Assembly (NCBI GenBank): GCA_015233115.1
Contig: JADFYJ010000001.1
Location: 67,084 to 131,083 of the forward strand
Direction: 5' to 3'
Length of the DNA stretch: 64,000 nt
From: Candidatus Omnitrophota bacterium
GTDB taxonomy: Bacteria; Omnitrophota; Gorgyraeia; Zapsychrales; Zapsychraceae
Of this stretch, positions 1 through 9,624 are shown one piece after another. Under the pieces are notes generated by a model. It did not search any database. It was not told the DNA's origin and saw only the letters and a program-made list of their open reading frames with translations. A program made the translations under genes and the position numbers. The stretch's first letter is position 1. Every line of letters begins with the position of its first letter.

Positions 1-36
1 GCGGGCGATCGGGTGATCGCCCCTACGACGATTTTT
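1..36 (+). terminator. Rho-independent terminator of an upstream gene lying off-window
   Basis: GGGCGATC-GGGT-GATCGCCC hairpin (8-bp GC-rich stem) followed by a T-run (cgattttttt). Confidence 0.5.
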
Positions 37-93
37 TTGAAATTTTGGTTTTTGATTTTTTATTTGCTTTTTTAAGTATATCAAGTTTTTACT

Positions 94-125
94 CGGTTAC
101 TTTGTTACTCGGTTACTAGGTTACT
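94..125 (+). repeat. Four tandem octamers NGGTTACT (CGGTTACT TTGTTACT CGGTTACT AGGTTACT), 17 bp upstream of the first gene
   Basis: Direct reading of the sequence. The same octamer family recurs at 52577-52632 (inverted) and 52817-52848 (direct). Confidence 0.9.
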
Positions 126-142
126 CTATAGAGATAAAATTT

Positions 143-1006
143 ATGAGACATAACACGGATTGGTTTGACAACAAGCATTCACTGATCATTATGGTCGGGG
201 CGGCGTTATTGGTGATTCTTTTGGCCGTTAATTTTTTGTCAAATGATACGCCTGACCGCGCGCATGTGTTGCGGATTTCGGGGCCGGTGGTGATCGAGCG
301 AGCCGGAGAAAAAATTATACCTAGCGCTGGTATGCTTTTAAATGGCCAGGATAAAATTTTGACCGGCGAGGGATCATTTGTCGAAGTCGCTTATGATGAT
401 AATTTTAAGGATGTGGTCCGCATTGAAGCCAATTCTAAAGTTGTTTTTGAAAGCGCCAGGATCGAAAAGCAAACCACGCTTTTCATGGATCGCGGGGAAA
501 TGAAATTAAAATTAGATAAATTGGAAAAAGGCTCTACGTTTAAAGTCCGCACGCCCGTCGCGATTGCCGGTGTCAGAGGAACGGCTTTCGGAATGAAATT
601 TCAGGGGGATCAGGTTGTGATCACGGATTTTGAAAGTAAAATATTTGTCAAAGGATTAAATGATAATTTTGTGGAGATGAAGGACGAGCTTTTATTAAAT
701 GACGGATGGAAAGTCCGGGTTGCGCAATTCGAAAAACCGTCGCGGGTCGAGCGGATGACGGATGACGAGCATCTTTTATGGCAATCCTGGTTAAATGAAA
801 TTAACTCTTTACCTAAGGATAGTCTTGTGAATAATAGCTCTTACTCGAACTTCGCGGACATGAAAGAGTCTTTAACGCGCCGGGCCGCTTCTCAGTTATC
901 ACTGATCATAACCCGCACGGCTTCTTCAGCGTCAACGCTGGCCGTCATGCTGTTCGCGGTTTTAGTTCTTGGAACAGGAAAGGTAGTGGAAAAAGTATGG
1001 GCATAA
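143..1006 (+). CDS. FecR-domain protein with an N-terminal transmembrane segment (anti-sigma/iron-signalling-like)
   Basis: TPVAIAGVRGTAFGM motif typical of the FecR domain. There is an N-terminal hydrophobic helix. The ORF abuts the next gene. Confidence 0.55.
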   Translation: MRHNTDWFDNKHSLIIMVGAALLVILLAVNFLSNDTPDRAHVLRISGPVVIERAGEKIIPSAGMLLNGQDKILTGEGSFVEVAYDDNFKDVVRIEANSKVVFESARIEKQTTLFMDRGEMKLKLDKLEKGSTFKVRTPVAIAGVRGTAFGMKFQGDQVVITDFESKIFVKGLNDNFVEMKDELLLNDGWKVRVAQFEKPSRVERMTDDEHLLWQSWLNEINSLPKDSLVNNSSYSNFADMKESLTRRAASQLSLIITRTASSASTLAVMLFAVLVLGTGKVVEKVWA

Positions 1007-1752
1007 CGAAAATAGTTGAACATGATGAGCATATTGAACAATTGTGGTATATGAAGGAACAGGGTGAGGTTTCCGTTGATTTTTTAAAAACGTCAATGGG
1101 AAATACTTATAATGAAAAAGTGATTGAAGAGCTTTTTAACAGCGGCTTGATTGATTTAAGTCAAAACGCTTTGATTATTAAACTGTCCGACGATGGAGAA
1201 GCCCGCGCCCGTCAATTGATCAGAGCTCACCGTTTAGCGGAACGTTTAATCGCGGATGTTTTGGGCGGAGGGGGAACTGATCTGGAAAAAATTGCGTGTG
1301 AATTTGAACATACAGTTTCAGCCGAATTAGTCAATAGCATCTGTACTTTGTTAGGCCACCCGAAAGAATGCCCGCATGGTATGCCAATTCCTGAGGGAGA
1401 GTGTTGCCGTCTGGCTTTAAAAACTGAGTTGAGTTTGATCGTGCCTTTATCTGATCTTAAATTGGGAGAAACAGCCCGCATTGCATATATTAACTGCCGT
1501 AATGATCAGCAGATTCATAAACTTGAGGGATTGTGTATCAGGCCGGGCGTGATTGTTAAACTTCACCAAAATTACCCGACTTATGTTATTGAATGCGAGG
1601 GCGCCAGCATTGCCTTGGATAAAGAAGTGATCGCGAATATTTGCGTTTGGAAAAATGCTCAGCCTTCGGTTAGCGCGGCGGATCAGAAAAAATTGGATAA
1701 AAAAAATAACGGCAAAAGTTTGAGTAAATTTTTTCACCTTTTTAAAAAATGA
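997..1752 (+). CDS. DtxR/MntR-family metal-dependent transcriptional repressor with a C-terminal FeoA (SH3-like) domain
   Basis: RAHRLAERLIADVLG followed by EHTVSAELVN...HGMPIP matches the DtxR metal-site and dimerisation region. The C-terminal LKLGETARI...GVIVKL segment is a FeoA-like fold. Confidence 0.8.
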   Translation: MGITKIVEHDEHIEQLWYMKEQGEVSVDFLKTSMGNTYNEKVIEELFNSGLIDLSQNALIIKLSDDGEARARQLIRAHRLAERLIADVLGGGGTDLEKIACEFEHTVSAELVNSICTLLGHPKECPHGMPIPEGECCRLALKTELSLIVPLSDLKLGETARIAYINCRNDQQIHKLEGLCIRPGVIVKLHQNYPTYVIECEGASIALDKEVIANICVWKNAQPSVSAADQKKLDKKNNGKSLSKFFHLFKK

Positions 1753-1762
1753 GGAGAATTTC

Positions 1763-2932
1763 ATGGAGCAGCAATTAGAAGAGTTGCGTTTAAAAGAGAA
1801 GAAGCTGATTTATTTACTCGGTGAGACCATGTTTAATTTGTATAAGTCTCAAGGCGTGCGTTTTCTTTATACCTCTGCCGGTGAAGAAAAAGAAAAGGAG
1901 GTGACAAAATTAGTCAGATTGTTGGATTATATCGAGGACCGAATCGTTAAAATAGAAGAAATTTACAACGAGGAAGATGCGGAAGATGAAGCGGAATGTG
2001 AATGTGAATGTACAGAATGCGAATCAGAAGAAATGGAAGATAGCGCTGAAGACATGGCTGAAGCGGTAGCTGTTGAACCTGATTCCGAAATTATTTTAGG
2101 CGAAGAATCGCCCAAACAGGATGATGTCGTGGCTTTGGCTGAAAAACTGCTTCGACCCGATAAAGAAGTAGAATTAGAAGTAGAAATGATTACTCCGGTT
2201 GAGGCGGTAATCATGGACACGGTTGAAAATATATCGACTCCGGATTTGCCGATTGTTCAAGAAACCGCGGAGTCAACAGACGTGCTGCAAAATATTCTAG
2301 AATCTGCCGTGTTTGTTTCTGAGGCGGATAAAAATCTTTTTGAAAAAAATGTCAAACAGTATAAAAAAGGAACAGAACGCGAGCGGGAAGTCAGTATAAA
2401 CCAGATTTCGCATACGGTCAGCAATGAAGAACTCAAAAAAGTGTACCTTTTTGTGATGAAAGATTCCAGCGTTGCTGTTAGGCTGGCAGTTATGAAAAAC
2501 ATTTCGAGGATGAAGGAAAACGAAACTGCCGGATTCTGGGAATTGGGTTTGCATGACTCTGATATAAAAGTTAGAACCACAGCCATCAAAGGGATCGGCA
2601 CCCATGTTACAGATGCCCACCGGGAAGTTTTGGAAAATCTTCTAAATGATAATGACCCTTTAGTGCGTGGTTTGGCTGTGACATATCTGGGTATGTATTA
2701 TGGAAAGGACGGAGTTCTTAAGGCTTTGACGGCCTGGGAGGATGAAAGTCCTTACGTGCGGACAAGTTTAATTGAAATGATGTCTATAGTGAAGCCGGAA
2801 GGCGCGCTCTTGACGATCAAAAATTTATTATCTGATACTGATGAAGGTGTTAAGAAAGAAGCTGAAAAAGCACTCAAAAAAATTATGCCGGAAAGAAAAA
2901 GGGAAGGAACTCATGACAAACGAAAACGATAA
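1763..2932 (+). CDS. HEAT-repeat (PBS-lyase-like) protein with an acidic, Cys-containing N-terminal segment (ECECECTECESEEMED)
   Basis: C-terminal repeats with (D/N)xxVRxxA periodicity (DIKVRTTAIKGIG, DPLVRGLAV, SPYVRTSLIE, DEGVKKEAEKAL). SD-like GAGGAG lies upstream. Confidence 0.6.
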   Translation: MEQQLEELRLKEKKLIYLLGETMFNLYKSQGVRFLYTSAGEEKEKEVTKLVRLLDYIEDRIVKIEEIYNEEDAEDEAECECECTECESEEMEDSAEDMAEAVAVEPDSEIILGEESPKQDDVVALAEKLLRPDKEVELEVEMITPVEAVIMDTVENISTPDLPIVQETAESTDVLQNILESAVFVSEADKNLFEKNVKQYKKGTEREREVSINQISHTVSNEELKKVYLFVMKDSSVAVRLAVMKNISRMKENETAGFWELGLHDSDIKVRTTAIKGIGTHVTDAHREVLENLLNDNDPLVRGLAVTYLGMYYGKDGVLKALTAWEDESPYVRTSLIEMMSIVKPEGALLTIKNLLSDTDEGVKKEAEKALKKIMPERKREGTHDKRKR

Positions 2933-3383
2933 AAAATCAGGTAAAGAGAATTTTTTAAAAACCGTTTCCTACGGAACCGGAATAATCTGCAAGAAAGTCG
3001 CCGGCATTGGTAAAGTTGCGCAAACGAAACAATGGAAGAATGTTGTATCATCGACTCATAAATTATGTGATAAGGTTGGAACGAAAACCATGACGGTGGT
3101 GGAAAAAGTAAAGACCTCGGTTAAAAAAGGCACCAAAGATATCAGCAAATCTTTTGCCGCAGGGATGGAATCGGTCGAGAAAAAAGAAACAGCCAAAGAG
3201 ACGGCAATGTCTGTTAAAAAAACCGTAACTCCGGCGAAAAAGGTTGCTTCCAAAACCGCGGGCAAGCCTAGAACTGCGGCGAAAAAAAATGCGCGTAAAG
3301 CGGCGGTTGAAAAAAATGTTCCGATTAACGTTGATTTAGAAAAAGAGATTGATAGTATAACGATGGGCGTTAAAGAATCTTAA
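2913..3383 (+). CDS. Lysine-rich basic low-complexity protein (histone-H1-like composition)
   Basis: ORF 2841..3383. The internal Met at 2913 avoids a 90-nt out-of-frame overlap with the preceding gene. Composition is K/A/T/V-rich. Confidence 0.4.
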   Translation: MTNENDKKSGKENFLKTVSYGTGIICKKVAGIGKVAQTKQWKNVVSSTHKLCDKVGTKTMTVVEKVKTSVKKGTKDISKSFAAGMESVEKKETAKETAMSVKKTVTPAKKVASKTAGKPRTAAKKNARKAAVEKNVPINVDLEKEIDSITMGVKES

Positions 3384-3386
3384 AAC

Positions 3387-3520
3387 GGTATGTGGCATGT
3401 AGTATGTAGTTAAAACGATAGATTGGAAAAACGATTACTAAAATCATATGTTTTAGATGTTTTGTTTTTTAAAAATGATAAATTTTTTTGCGACATGCAA
3501 CATGCTACGAACGACATACT
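3387..3520. repeat. Composite intergenic element made of a TATGTRG heptamer array, a GGAAAAACGATTA core, an AT-rich spacer and an inverted heptamer array
   Basis: ggtatgtggcatgtagtatgtagtt at 3387-3411 and its inverted counterpart cgacatgcaacatgctacgaacgacatact at 3491-3520. The core ttggaaaaacgattact lies at 3423-3439. Confidence 0.8.
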
Positions 3521-3532
3521 TTTAAAATTAGG

Positions 3533-5551
3533 ATGCGCAGCATAATGGCCAAAAAAAACAAGCAAGAGATTCTTCAGGAATGCGACACCCAGTTTGATTC
3601 TCTATTTACATCTTTTGGTAAATTGTTGTATGAGAACATTCAAGCTGGTGGCATCTCCTTTTATTTTGATCCTCCGGACGCTGTTTTGACTGCTAGGGCA
3701 AAGCGTTATATCCGGGATATTGTGGTGCAAAAAATTTCTGACAAAAAAGTCAAACCAATGCCGCAAAAAACTGTTCCTAAAGTTGTTCCTAAAGCTGTTC
3801 CAAAAGTTGTGGCTGTGCCGGTTTTGAAACCTAAAAAAAATCAGGTTACGGCTATTTTCAATGGCGCGAAAAATGTTATTATGGGTAAACGGAAAGAAAA
3901 TAAACCGGCCTCTTTAGGCATAGACCGCCGGGGGCAGTTAGAATCATACACGCATTTGGTCGTTGATCTCCATGTCTTTGCCAAAAAGCTTTCTCTCGTT
4001 CAGAAAGATTTTAATCAATGTATTATTAAGGATCTTTTAAGCTCGCCTGGAGAGCAGATTTCATCTTATCAATCGGCGGTTGACGAAAAAATCCGGGAGA
4101 TCATATTATTGATGGCTAAGAAGCAGGAGGTTATAAAAACGATTATGGAAAAGAAAAGACAATTCTTTGCGGAACATACTGGAGCCAAAATGTGGAAACC
4201 CGAAGAAGATTTTTTGAAGCAGGTGCAACAGGACGCGGTTGAAACCACACAACGTATTGATGGTTTAATCAGTGAAGTGGTTGACCTTTTTAAAAACATT
4301 AAAGAACTTTATGATCATGACCTTGAACAGCACCGCTTAGTTCAGGAACAGGAAAAATTGCGGCAAGATTTGGTATCAACGTTTCCTGATTCATCTGTAT
4401 CTTCAGAGATTGACTTGCCAGTTTTGGAAAACACGCCGGAAGAAATTCCTGAATCTTTGGCTGTTTTAGAATCTATTTCTAAAAGTGTACCTGAAGAATC
4501 AGAACAACCTGAACTGCTCGAACCACCAGAACATCTTGAACAGCCAGAACAGCCCGATGAACAAGTGATCATGGTTCCGATCGCGGAACAACAGATCGAT
4601 CAAATTACTGAACAGGAACCGATCCGTCCCACTGAAGAAATTCTGGAGGAAGTGGAAGATTATGGATTGTTCGAAACGGCTGCGCGAAAGTTAGGAAGCG
4701 AAGTTGTAGATAAAGACCAAAAACTTGAAATTTTGCATATGCTCTTTCGCAATTCACCGAAAAAAGTCGTGCCGTTCTTATATGAATTTGTCAGGGATGC
4801 GGATATATTTCCAAAACGTCAATTGTTATTTTTATTAAATATGTTGGATTATCCGGCTATGGTTGGTGTTTACCGCCGATTTGTAACGGATGAAAATTCG
4901 TCAATGCGTCTGCAGGGAGTAATGGGTTTAGTCAAGTTAGATTCTATTGAATCAAAACAAGTGATCGCGACAGCCATTCATGATCGCGATCCGCATATTC
5001 GTAGATTTATTGTGAACCATTTAGATCACAGGGGTAGTGATCCTGAAGCGACAGCGATCGGGCGTTTAGCTGGCGACAGCGATGAGAATGTCGCGCGGAT
5101 TGCCATCCGTAAATTAGGATTAATGGGGAATCATTTCGCGTTTGTCTCTTTAGTTCCCAAGCTTGAGTCTCCGAATATTAAGATCCGTAAAGAAGTTATT
5201 AGTGCTTTGAAAGTCCTGACAGGCACAGATCTCGGATATAATTATGCCGCGACTGACAGTGAATTAAAACGTCATGTCCAGCCGTGGAAGACTTTGGCTA
5301 AGGAAAGTTATATGCATCCTCGTTTGTTACGGGATTTGAAATTAAAACATCTTCCGGCGCCGGGCACACCCAGACTCCAGACTGTAATTTCTAAAGAACC
5401 AAAAAAAACATCTGTAACTTCACAGAGGTCAGTGGTGGCAAAGAAAAAGACTCCGGTCGTGGCCCCCAAAAAAATATTTGCTCCTGCAAAAAGTTCGCAA
5501 CGGATGGCAGTGGTTGTAAATAAAAAAACTGTTAAAAAGAATAAAAGATGA
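3533..5551 (+). CDS. HEAT-repeat protein with KVVPK tandem repeats and an acidic Pro/Glu-rich linker
   Basis: C-terminal HEAT-like repeats (DPHIRRFIVNHL, DENVARIAIRKLG, NIKIRKEVISAL). The start is placed after the inverted heptamer array (ORF opens at 3488), so it is uncertain (3533 or 3545). Confidence 0.55.
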   Translation: MRSIMAKKNKQEILQECDTQFDSLFTSFGKLLYENIQAGGISFYFDPPDAVLTARAKRYIRDIVVQKISDKKVKPMPQKTVPKVVPKAVPKVVAVPVLKPKKNQVTAIFNGAKNVIMGKRKENKPASLGIDRRGQLESYTHLVVDLHVFAKKLSLVQKDFNQCIIKDLLSSPGEQISSYQSAVDEKIREIILLMAKKQEVIKTIMEKKRQFFAEHTGAKMWKPEEDFLKQVQQDAVETTQRIDGLISEVVDLFKNIKELYDHDLEQHRLVQEQEKLRQDLVSTFPDSSVSSEIDLPVLENTPEEIPESLAVLESISKSVPEESEQPELLEPPEHLEQPEQPDEQVIMVPIAEQQIDQITEQEPIRPTEEILEEVEDYGLFETAARKLGSEVVDKDQKLEILHMLFRNSPKKVVPFLYEFVRDADIFPKRQLLFLLNMLDYPAMVGVYRRFVTDENSSMRLQGVMGLVKLDSIESKQVIATAIHDRDPHIRRFIVNHLDHRGSDPEATAIGRLAGDSDENVARIAIRKLGLMGNHFAFVSLVPKLESPNIKIRKEVISALKVLTGTDLGYNYAATDSELKRHVQPWKTLAKESYMHPRLLRDLKLKHLPAPGTPRLQTVISKEPKKTSVTSQRSVVAKKKTPVVAPKKIFAPAKSSQRMAVVVNKKTVKKNKR

Positions 5552-5886
5552 CCAATACGATAAAACAAACACCAACTAAAAGAGCTCCCCGTAAAACCGC
5601 GGCTGTAAAAAAATCCATGACCGGAATTGGCACCCGTATGTCGGAAAGCGCGGAACGCGTCGCGGATATTATTCTTGAGGATAATCCCGGGGAAAAAAAA
5701 TCTAAAACGAAAAAAATTACTGACGAAACTCTTACGATGTTTAAGAGTGTGGCAGAACAAGTCAGAACCAATCTGAAAGATGTGCGTCCACAGGATTTTG
5801 TGGGCGATTTAGCTTATGGCGCAGGCAGAATTTCAGGAGCGACCAAACGAGCGCTGAGCCGCTTATATGATAATTTAACTGATTAA
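5548..5886 (+). CDS. Small basic hypothetical protein
   Basis: ORF start overlaps the stop of the upstream gene (ATGA). No recognisable motif. Confidence 0.4.
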   Translation: MTNTIKQTPTKRAPRKTAAVKKSMTGIGTRMSESAERVADIILEDNPGEKKSKTKKITDETLTMFKSVAEQVRTNLKDVRPQDFVGDLAYGAGRISGATKRALSRLYDNLTD

Positions 5887-6066
5887 TGGTAGATCCTCTC
5901 CGCCTTTGGGGAGAAAACCGGGTCTGGGGCTCCCCATAGTTTTTAAAAACTTAAAGGCAGTTAGACTTAATCGGTTTTCTGTTCAGCATATGGTTAAGAA
6001 TATTTAAGATAATATTTTAACATAATTTGTTAAAATGAAGTCTAACAGAGGGCAGGGTGAGGGGAT

Positions 6067-6249
6067 ATGAATAATAAATTTTTTAACGATCTTGGCCAGC
6101 AATTTTACGCGTGGTACCGGGACCATAAAATTCGTTTTGAATATGGCGGGCAAAGTAAGGACCTGGAGCTAGAAGTTGAACGCATTACAGGACTTATAAA
6201 TTATGTAGAGAAGAAAAAAGCGTCACTTCTTGACAAAAAAATAATTTGA
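6067..6249 (+). CDS. Small hypothetical protein (60 aa)
   Basis: Isolated ORF with an upstream GGGTGAGGGG SD-like sequence. No motif. Confidence 0.3.
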   Translation: MNNKFFNDLGQQFYAWYRDHKIRFEYGGQSKDLELEVERITGLINYVEKKKASLLDKKII

Positions 6250-6361
6250 AATAATACGTATAACTTCTTGATTTTGTTTTTGTTTCTCTTTATAATAAGT
6301 GCAGTTTATAGATAATTCATTTAATTTTCTAAACAAAGCACCCGTTTTCGACGAGGAATTT

Positions 6362-7441
6362 ATGCCAACAGAAAAAACAGCAGCTGGTTCCAATGATTTC
6401 GCGCGCTTTTTAGGATCAACTATCCGACGAGTGGAAAATGATTTCAAATTTTTGACTTTATTCCCTAAGCGTCCATTGCCTAAACCTGTGGCCGTGAAAA
6501 AAGAAATTCCGATTGCTGCTGTTTCCGTTCCTGTTCCCGTTGTTGCAAAGCCTTTGCCGTCGGTGACTTCAGTTAAAATTAATATTCCCGAGCCGGTTAT
6601 TTTTGAAAAAACCAAACCCGCTGTCCCCCATGCTGAAGCGTCACCGGTTGCCGTGGAAAAAATAATTCCCTTGTCAGCTGAAGAGAAAAAATATATTAGC
6701 AAAGAACAAGGATTAAAAAATATTACGTTTGTTAATAAGGCCGAACAAGTTAAAGCGGAAATTTATTTCCGTGATTTACAGTCGTCCAGCCGAGCTTTGC
6801 GTGTTGATGCCTTGCGTGAGATCAGGAAGCTTTCACGGCCGACAGTTATAGCGATATTGGAACAACTCTTGTCCGTCGAAACAGATACGTTACAGATTAT
6901 CGAATTGGTTAATGCTTTAGCCGCGGTTAGTGAAGACACCCAAATCCCTAAAAATTTATTCCGAAAATATATTTCTCATCCTGATGCCGGCATTCGTTTA
7001 GCGGCACTGCGGGCCATTTCAAAATACCGGGATGAAGAAAGTTTTAATGTTTTAACGACCTATCTAAAAGATAAAGATTCGGAAGTCCGCCGGCAAATGA
7101 TTAATTGTTTATGCTGGTCCTTCGGTGAACGCTGTCTGCCGTACGTGATTGTCGCGTTGCATGATTCTGATCCCATTGTCCGTAAGGCGGCCACCCAGAT
7201 TGCCGGTGTTTTAAAATCTAAGCAGGCGATTTCTTCCTTGATTACTCTATTGAGCGATCAGCATGAAGAAGTTCAGTCCGGCGCGGCAGCCGCTTTGAAA
7301 AAAATAACCAAAGAAGATTTTGATTTCAAGGTGACAGGGACAAAAAGAGAAAAAGATGATGCTATCGAATCCTGGCGTTTTTGGTGGAGAGAAAACCAAA
7401 CCCAATTCGAACGAGCTAAAGATAAATTTGTAATTAAATAA
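6362..7441 (+). CDS. HEAT-repeat protein with a Pro/Val-rich N-terminal half
   Basis: HEAT-like repeats (DAGIRLAALRAI, DSEVRRQMINCL, DPIVRKAATQIAG, HEEVQSGAAAALKKI). GAGGAA SD precedes the internal Met at 6362 (ORF opens at 6299). Confidence 0.55.
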   Translation: MPTEKTAAGSNDFARFLGSTIRRVENDFKFLTLFPKRPLPKPVAVKKEIPIAAVSVPVPVVAKPLPSVTSVKINIPEPVIFEKTKPAVPHAEASPVAVEKIIPLSAEEKKYISKEQGLKNITFVNKAEQVKAEIYFRDLQSSSRALRVDALREIRKLSRPTVIAILEQLLSVETDTLQIIELVNALAAVSEDTQIPKNLFRKYISHPDAGIRLAALRAISKYRDEESFNVLTTYLKDKDSEVRRQMINCLCWSFGERCLPYVIVALHDSDPIVRKAATQIAGVLKSKQAISSLITLLSDQHEEVQSGAAAALKKITKEDFDFKVTGTKREKDDAIESWRFWWRENQTQFERAKDKFVIK

Positions 7442-7464
7442 ATGTATATACCAAGGAGGCTGTT

Positions 7465-7650
7465 ATGAAGGGATTACTAATTGCAGTAGGAGTGGTTTTC
7501 GCGGGTTTTGTGGGATACAAAATTATTGAGAAGAAAAATCCCGCACTTTTTAAAAAGATCAAGGGCAATATTACTAATGCCGGAAAAAATATGTCAGCAA
7601 TGGTGGAAGAGGCGAAAGAATCATTTTATGAAGGTTACGCTCAAGGCTAA
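7465..7650 (+). CDS. Small single-pass membrane protein (61 aa)
   Basis: Strong SD (AAGGAGG) 6 nt upstream. N-terminal hydrophobic helix LLIAVGVVFAGFVGY. Confidence 0.5.
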   Translation: MKGLLIAVGVVFAGFVGYKIIEKKNPALFKKIKGNITNAGKNMSAMVEEAKESFYEGYAQG

Positions 7651-7665
7651 TAAAGGGAAATAACT

Positions 7666-8040
7666 ATGGCTGTCAATAAATCAACTTTTAAAAAATGTTC
7701 GGTCAAGGGTTGCCGCAATAAAGGACTGGCTAATGGCCGCTGTCTAAAGCATGCTAAGATCTCTGCGTCAACGCATGTCGCTCCTGTTAAAAGAACTGTA
7801 TCGCATATCAAAAAGGTACGCGCGGCGCATGTTGAACATGTTAAAGAACCAGAAGTAAAAGTGGTTCATGCCGCGCCAGAAGAGAAAAAAGTATTAAAGC
7901 TTGAAGCGCCAGCGGTTATGAAACATAAAGAACAAAAAGTTTCTGGCCGACATAAAGGACCCCTTAATTCTGTTTGTTATTGGGCCGGTACGTTTTTTAG
8001 CGACACGACGGAGATTTTTAAAATACAAAAGGCGAAATAA
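7666..8040 (+). CDS. Basic zinc-ribbon-like protein (CxxC...CxxH)
   Basis: KKCSVKGCRNKGLANGRCLKHAK cysteine/histidine pattern. Lys-rich. Sits within the + strand operon. Confidence 0.4.
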   Translation: MAVNKSTFKKCSVKGCRNKGLANGRCLKHAKISASTHVAPVKRTVSHIKKVRAAHVEHVKEPEVKVVHAAPEEKKVLKLEAPAVMKHKEQKVSGRHKGPLNSVCYWAGTFFSDTTEIFKIQKAK

Positions 8041-8043
8041 TTT

Positions 8044-8814
8044 ATGATGAGACGAATATGTGTCGCGAATCAAAAGGGCGGGGTTGCTAAAACTACGACC
8101 TCATTAAATTTGGCGGCTGAACTGGCGCGGGCAGGTAAAAAAGTTGTTTTGATCGACATGGATCCTCAGTTTTCTTCGACGGCAGCCATTTTTGGCAATC
8201 AACGTTTTGAATTTAATATTTATAATGTCATTGTTGATAAGATGGATATCCATTCGGTTATCCAGCATTCAGACGCTTTTGGCATTGACGTTGTGCCAAG
8301 CGATATTGAATTGTCCGGCGCTTCCTTGAGGATTAATGAGCAGATCGGGCGGGAAAAAGTTTTGTACCATTATACCCGCAAACTGAAATATGATTATATG
8401 ATCGTGGACGCGCCGCCGTCTTTGGGCTTGCTAACTGTCAACGCTTTGACCGCGTGCGATGAACTGCTGGTTCCGATTTGTCCTGAATTTTTTTCGTTAA
8501 AGGGGATTAAACTTCTGGAAGAGATAGTGGAGAATGTACGGGTCGGGTTAGGGTGCGATATTAAAATTACGGGTGTGGTGATTACGCGTTATCGCGAAAG
8601 GTTAGTGACGAATGAAGCGAGGAACGCGATCAGAAATTATTTTGGCAAGAAAGTATTTAAAATTGAAATTCCTGAAAATATAAAGTTAGAAGAAGCTCAC
8701 AACGCCCATCTGCCGGTGTATAAGTACGATGTGAAATCAAAGGGGGCGGAAGCGTACCATCAATTAGCAAAGGAGATTATGAATGGGAGATTCCAGAAAA
8801 ATCCAAGCAAGTAA
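8044..8814 (+). CDS. ParA/MinD-family P-loop ATPase
   Basis: Deviant Walker A NQKGGVAKTTTSLNLA, then LIDMDPQ, then IVDAPPSLG. Classic ParA/Soj arrangement. Confidence 0.85.
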   Translation: MMRRICVANQKGGVAKTTTSLNLAAELARAGKKVVLIDMDPQFSSTAAIFGNQRFEFNIYNVIVDKMDIHSVIQHSDAFGIDVVPSDIELSGASLRINEQIGREKVLYHYTRKLKYDYMIVDAPPSLGLLTVNALTACDELLVPICPEFFSLKGIKLLEEIVENVRVGLGCDIKITGVVITRYRERLVTNEARNAIRNYFGKKVFKIEIPENIKLEEAHNAHLPVYKYDVKSKGAEAYHQLAKEIMNGRFQKNPSK

Positions 8815-9604
8815 GGAGACGGATACGACATCAAGAAGAAAAAAGCTTATTGATAATCCGCTTCTTCAATCAACTGTAAGAATGTCTTCGCACCGGGACA
8901 GCGAACCTGAACTTGCGTCCAGGTCTTCCATCCGTTCCGCGGTAAGGCAGATTAAAGATTCGACTAAGTACATCATGTCTCCTGATGAAGAAAAGGCCAG
9001 TGTTTTTGAAATTATTTCAGATTTAGAAAAACAGCTGGATGCCGCGTTTAGCATTAAAGATGCTCAGGAAAATGAAATCCAGAGTTTGAATACCAAAGTT
9101 GATAATGCTCAGGAGAAAGCCGGGATGCTAGAGGCTAAACTCAAAGAGATGAAAGGTTTGCTGGTTTCTCAGGAAGAATTGAATTCTGAGTTGGAATTTC
9201 TCGAGAATGAACGTTTGGAAACAGTCGGCAAAACCAAGTCTTTGGAAGAAGATTTGGTAGGGCGCGAAGCTGTTATTAAAGATCTGGAAAATAAAATTGC
9301 TTCCCTTCAAAAGGAATGTGAAAGCCGGGATACCAGAATAGAACAAATCGAACTGGAACTTTCCAGCGCGAATAAAACGATTCAAAGTTTTCATCATCAG
9401 ATCTCGCTATTGGAAGATGAGAAAGAAGCAGTTACCAATAAACTTGAAAAAACTGACGGTGAACTGAGCAGTACTATTACCGAGCGTGATCAGCTTAAAC
9501 GTGAGTTAGAACGCGCTAAAGAAAGTCTGGACGAGATTCGTTTGATGTTAGCCGATACTCGCTCCCGCGCGCGCGAACATTATTACAAACCAAAAGGAAA
9601 ATAG
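8783..9604 (+). CDS. Coiled-coil protein
   Basis: Heptad-rich E/K/L composition throughout (LEAKLKEMKGLLVSQEELNSELEFLENERLE...). Start uncertain (the ORF overlaps the parA-like stop). Confidence 0.5.
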   Translation: MGDSRKIQASKETDTTSRRKKLIDNPLLQSTVRMSSHRDSEPELASRSSIRSAVRQIKDSTKYIMSPDEEKASVFEIISDLEKQLDAAFSIKDAQENEIQSLNTKVDNAQEKAGMLEAKLKEMKGLLVSQEELNSELEFLENERLETVGKTKSLEEDLVGREAVIKDLENKIASLQKECESRDTRIEQIELELSSANKTIQSFHHQISLLEDEKEAVTNKLEKTDGELSSTITERDQLKRELERAKESLDEIRLMLADTRSRAREHYYKPKGK

Positions 9605-9624
9605 TTATAGTAAGGAGTTTTAAT

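Noticed and set aside
2841-2912. Upstream start for the Lys-rich protein, overlapping the HEAT-repeat gene by 92 nt out of frame
   Set aside because: A long out-of-frame overlap is unlikely. The internal Met at 2913 removes it. The choice of start remains uncertain.
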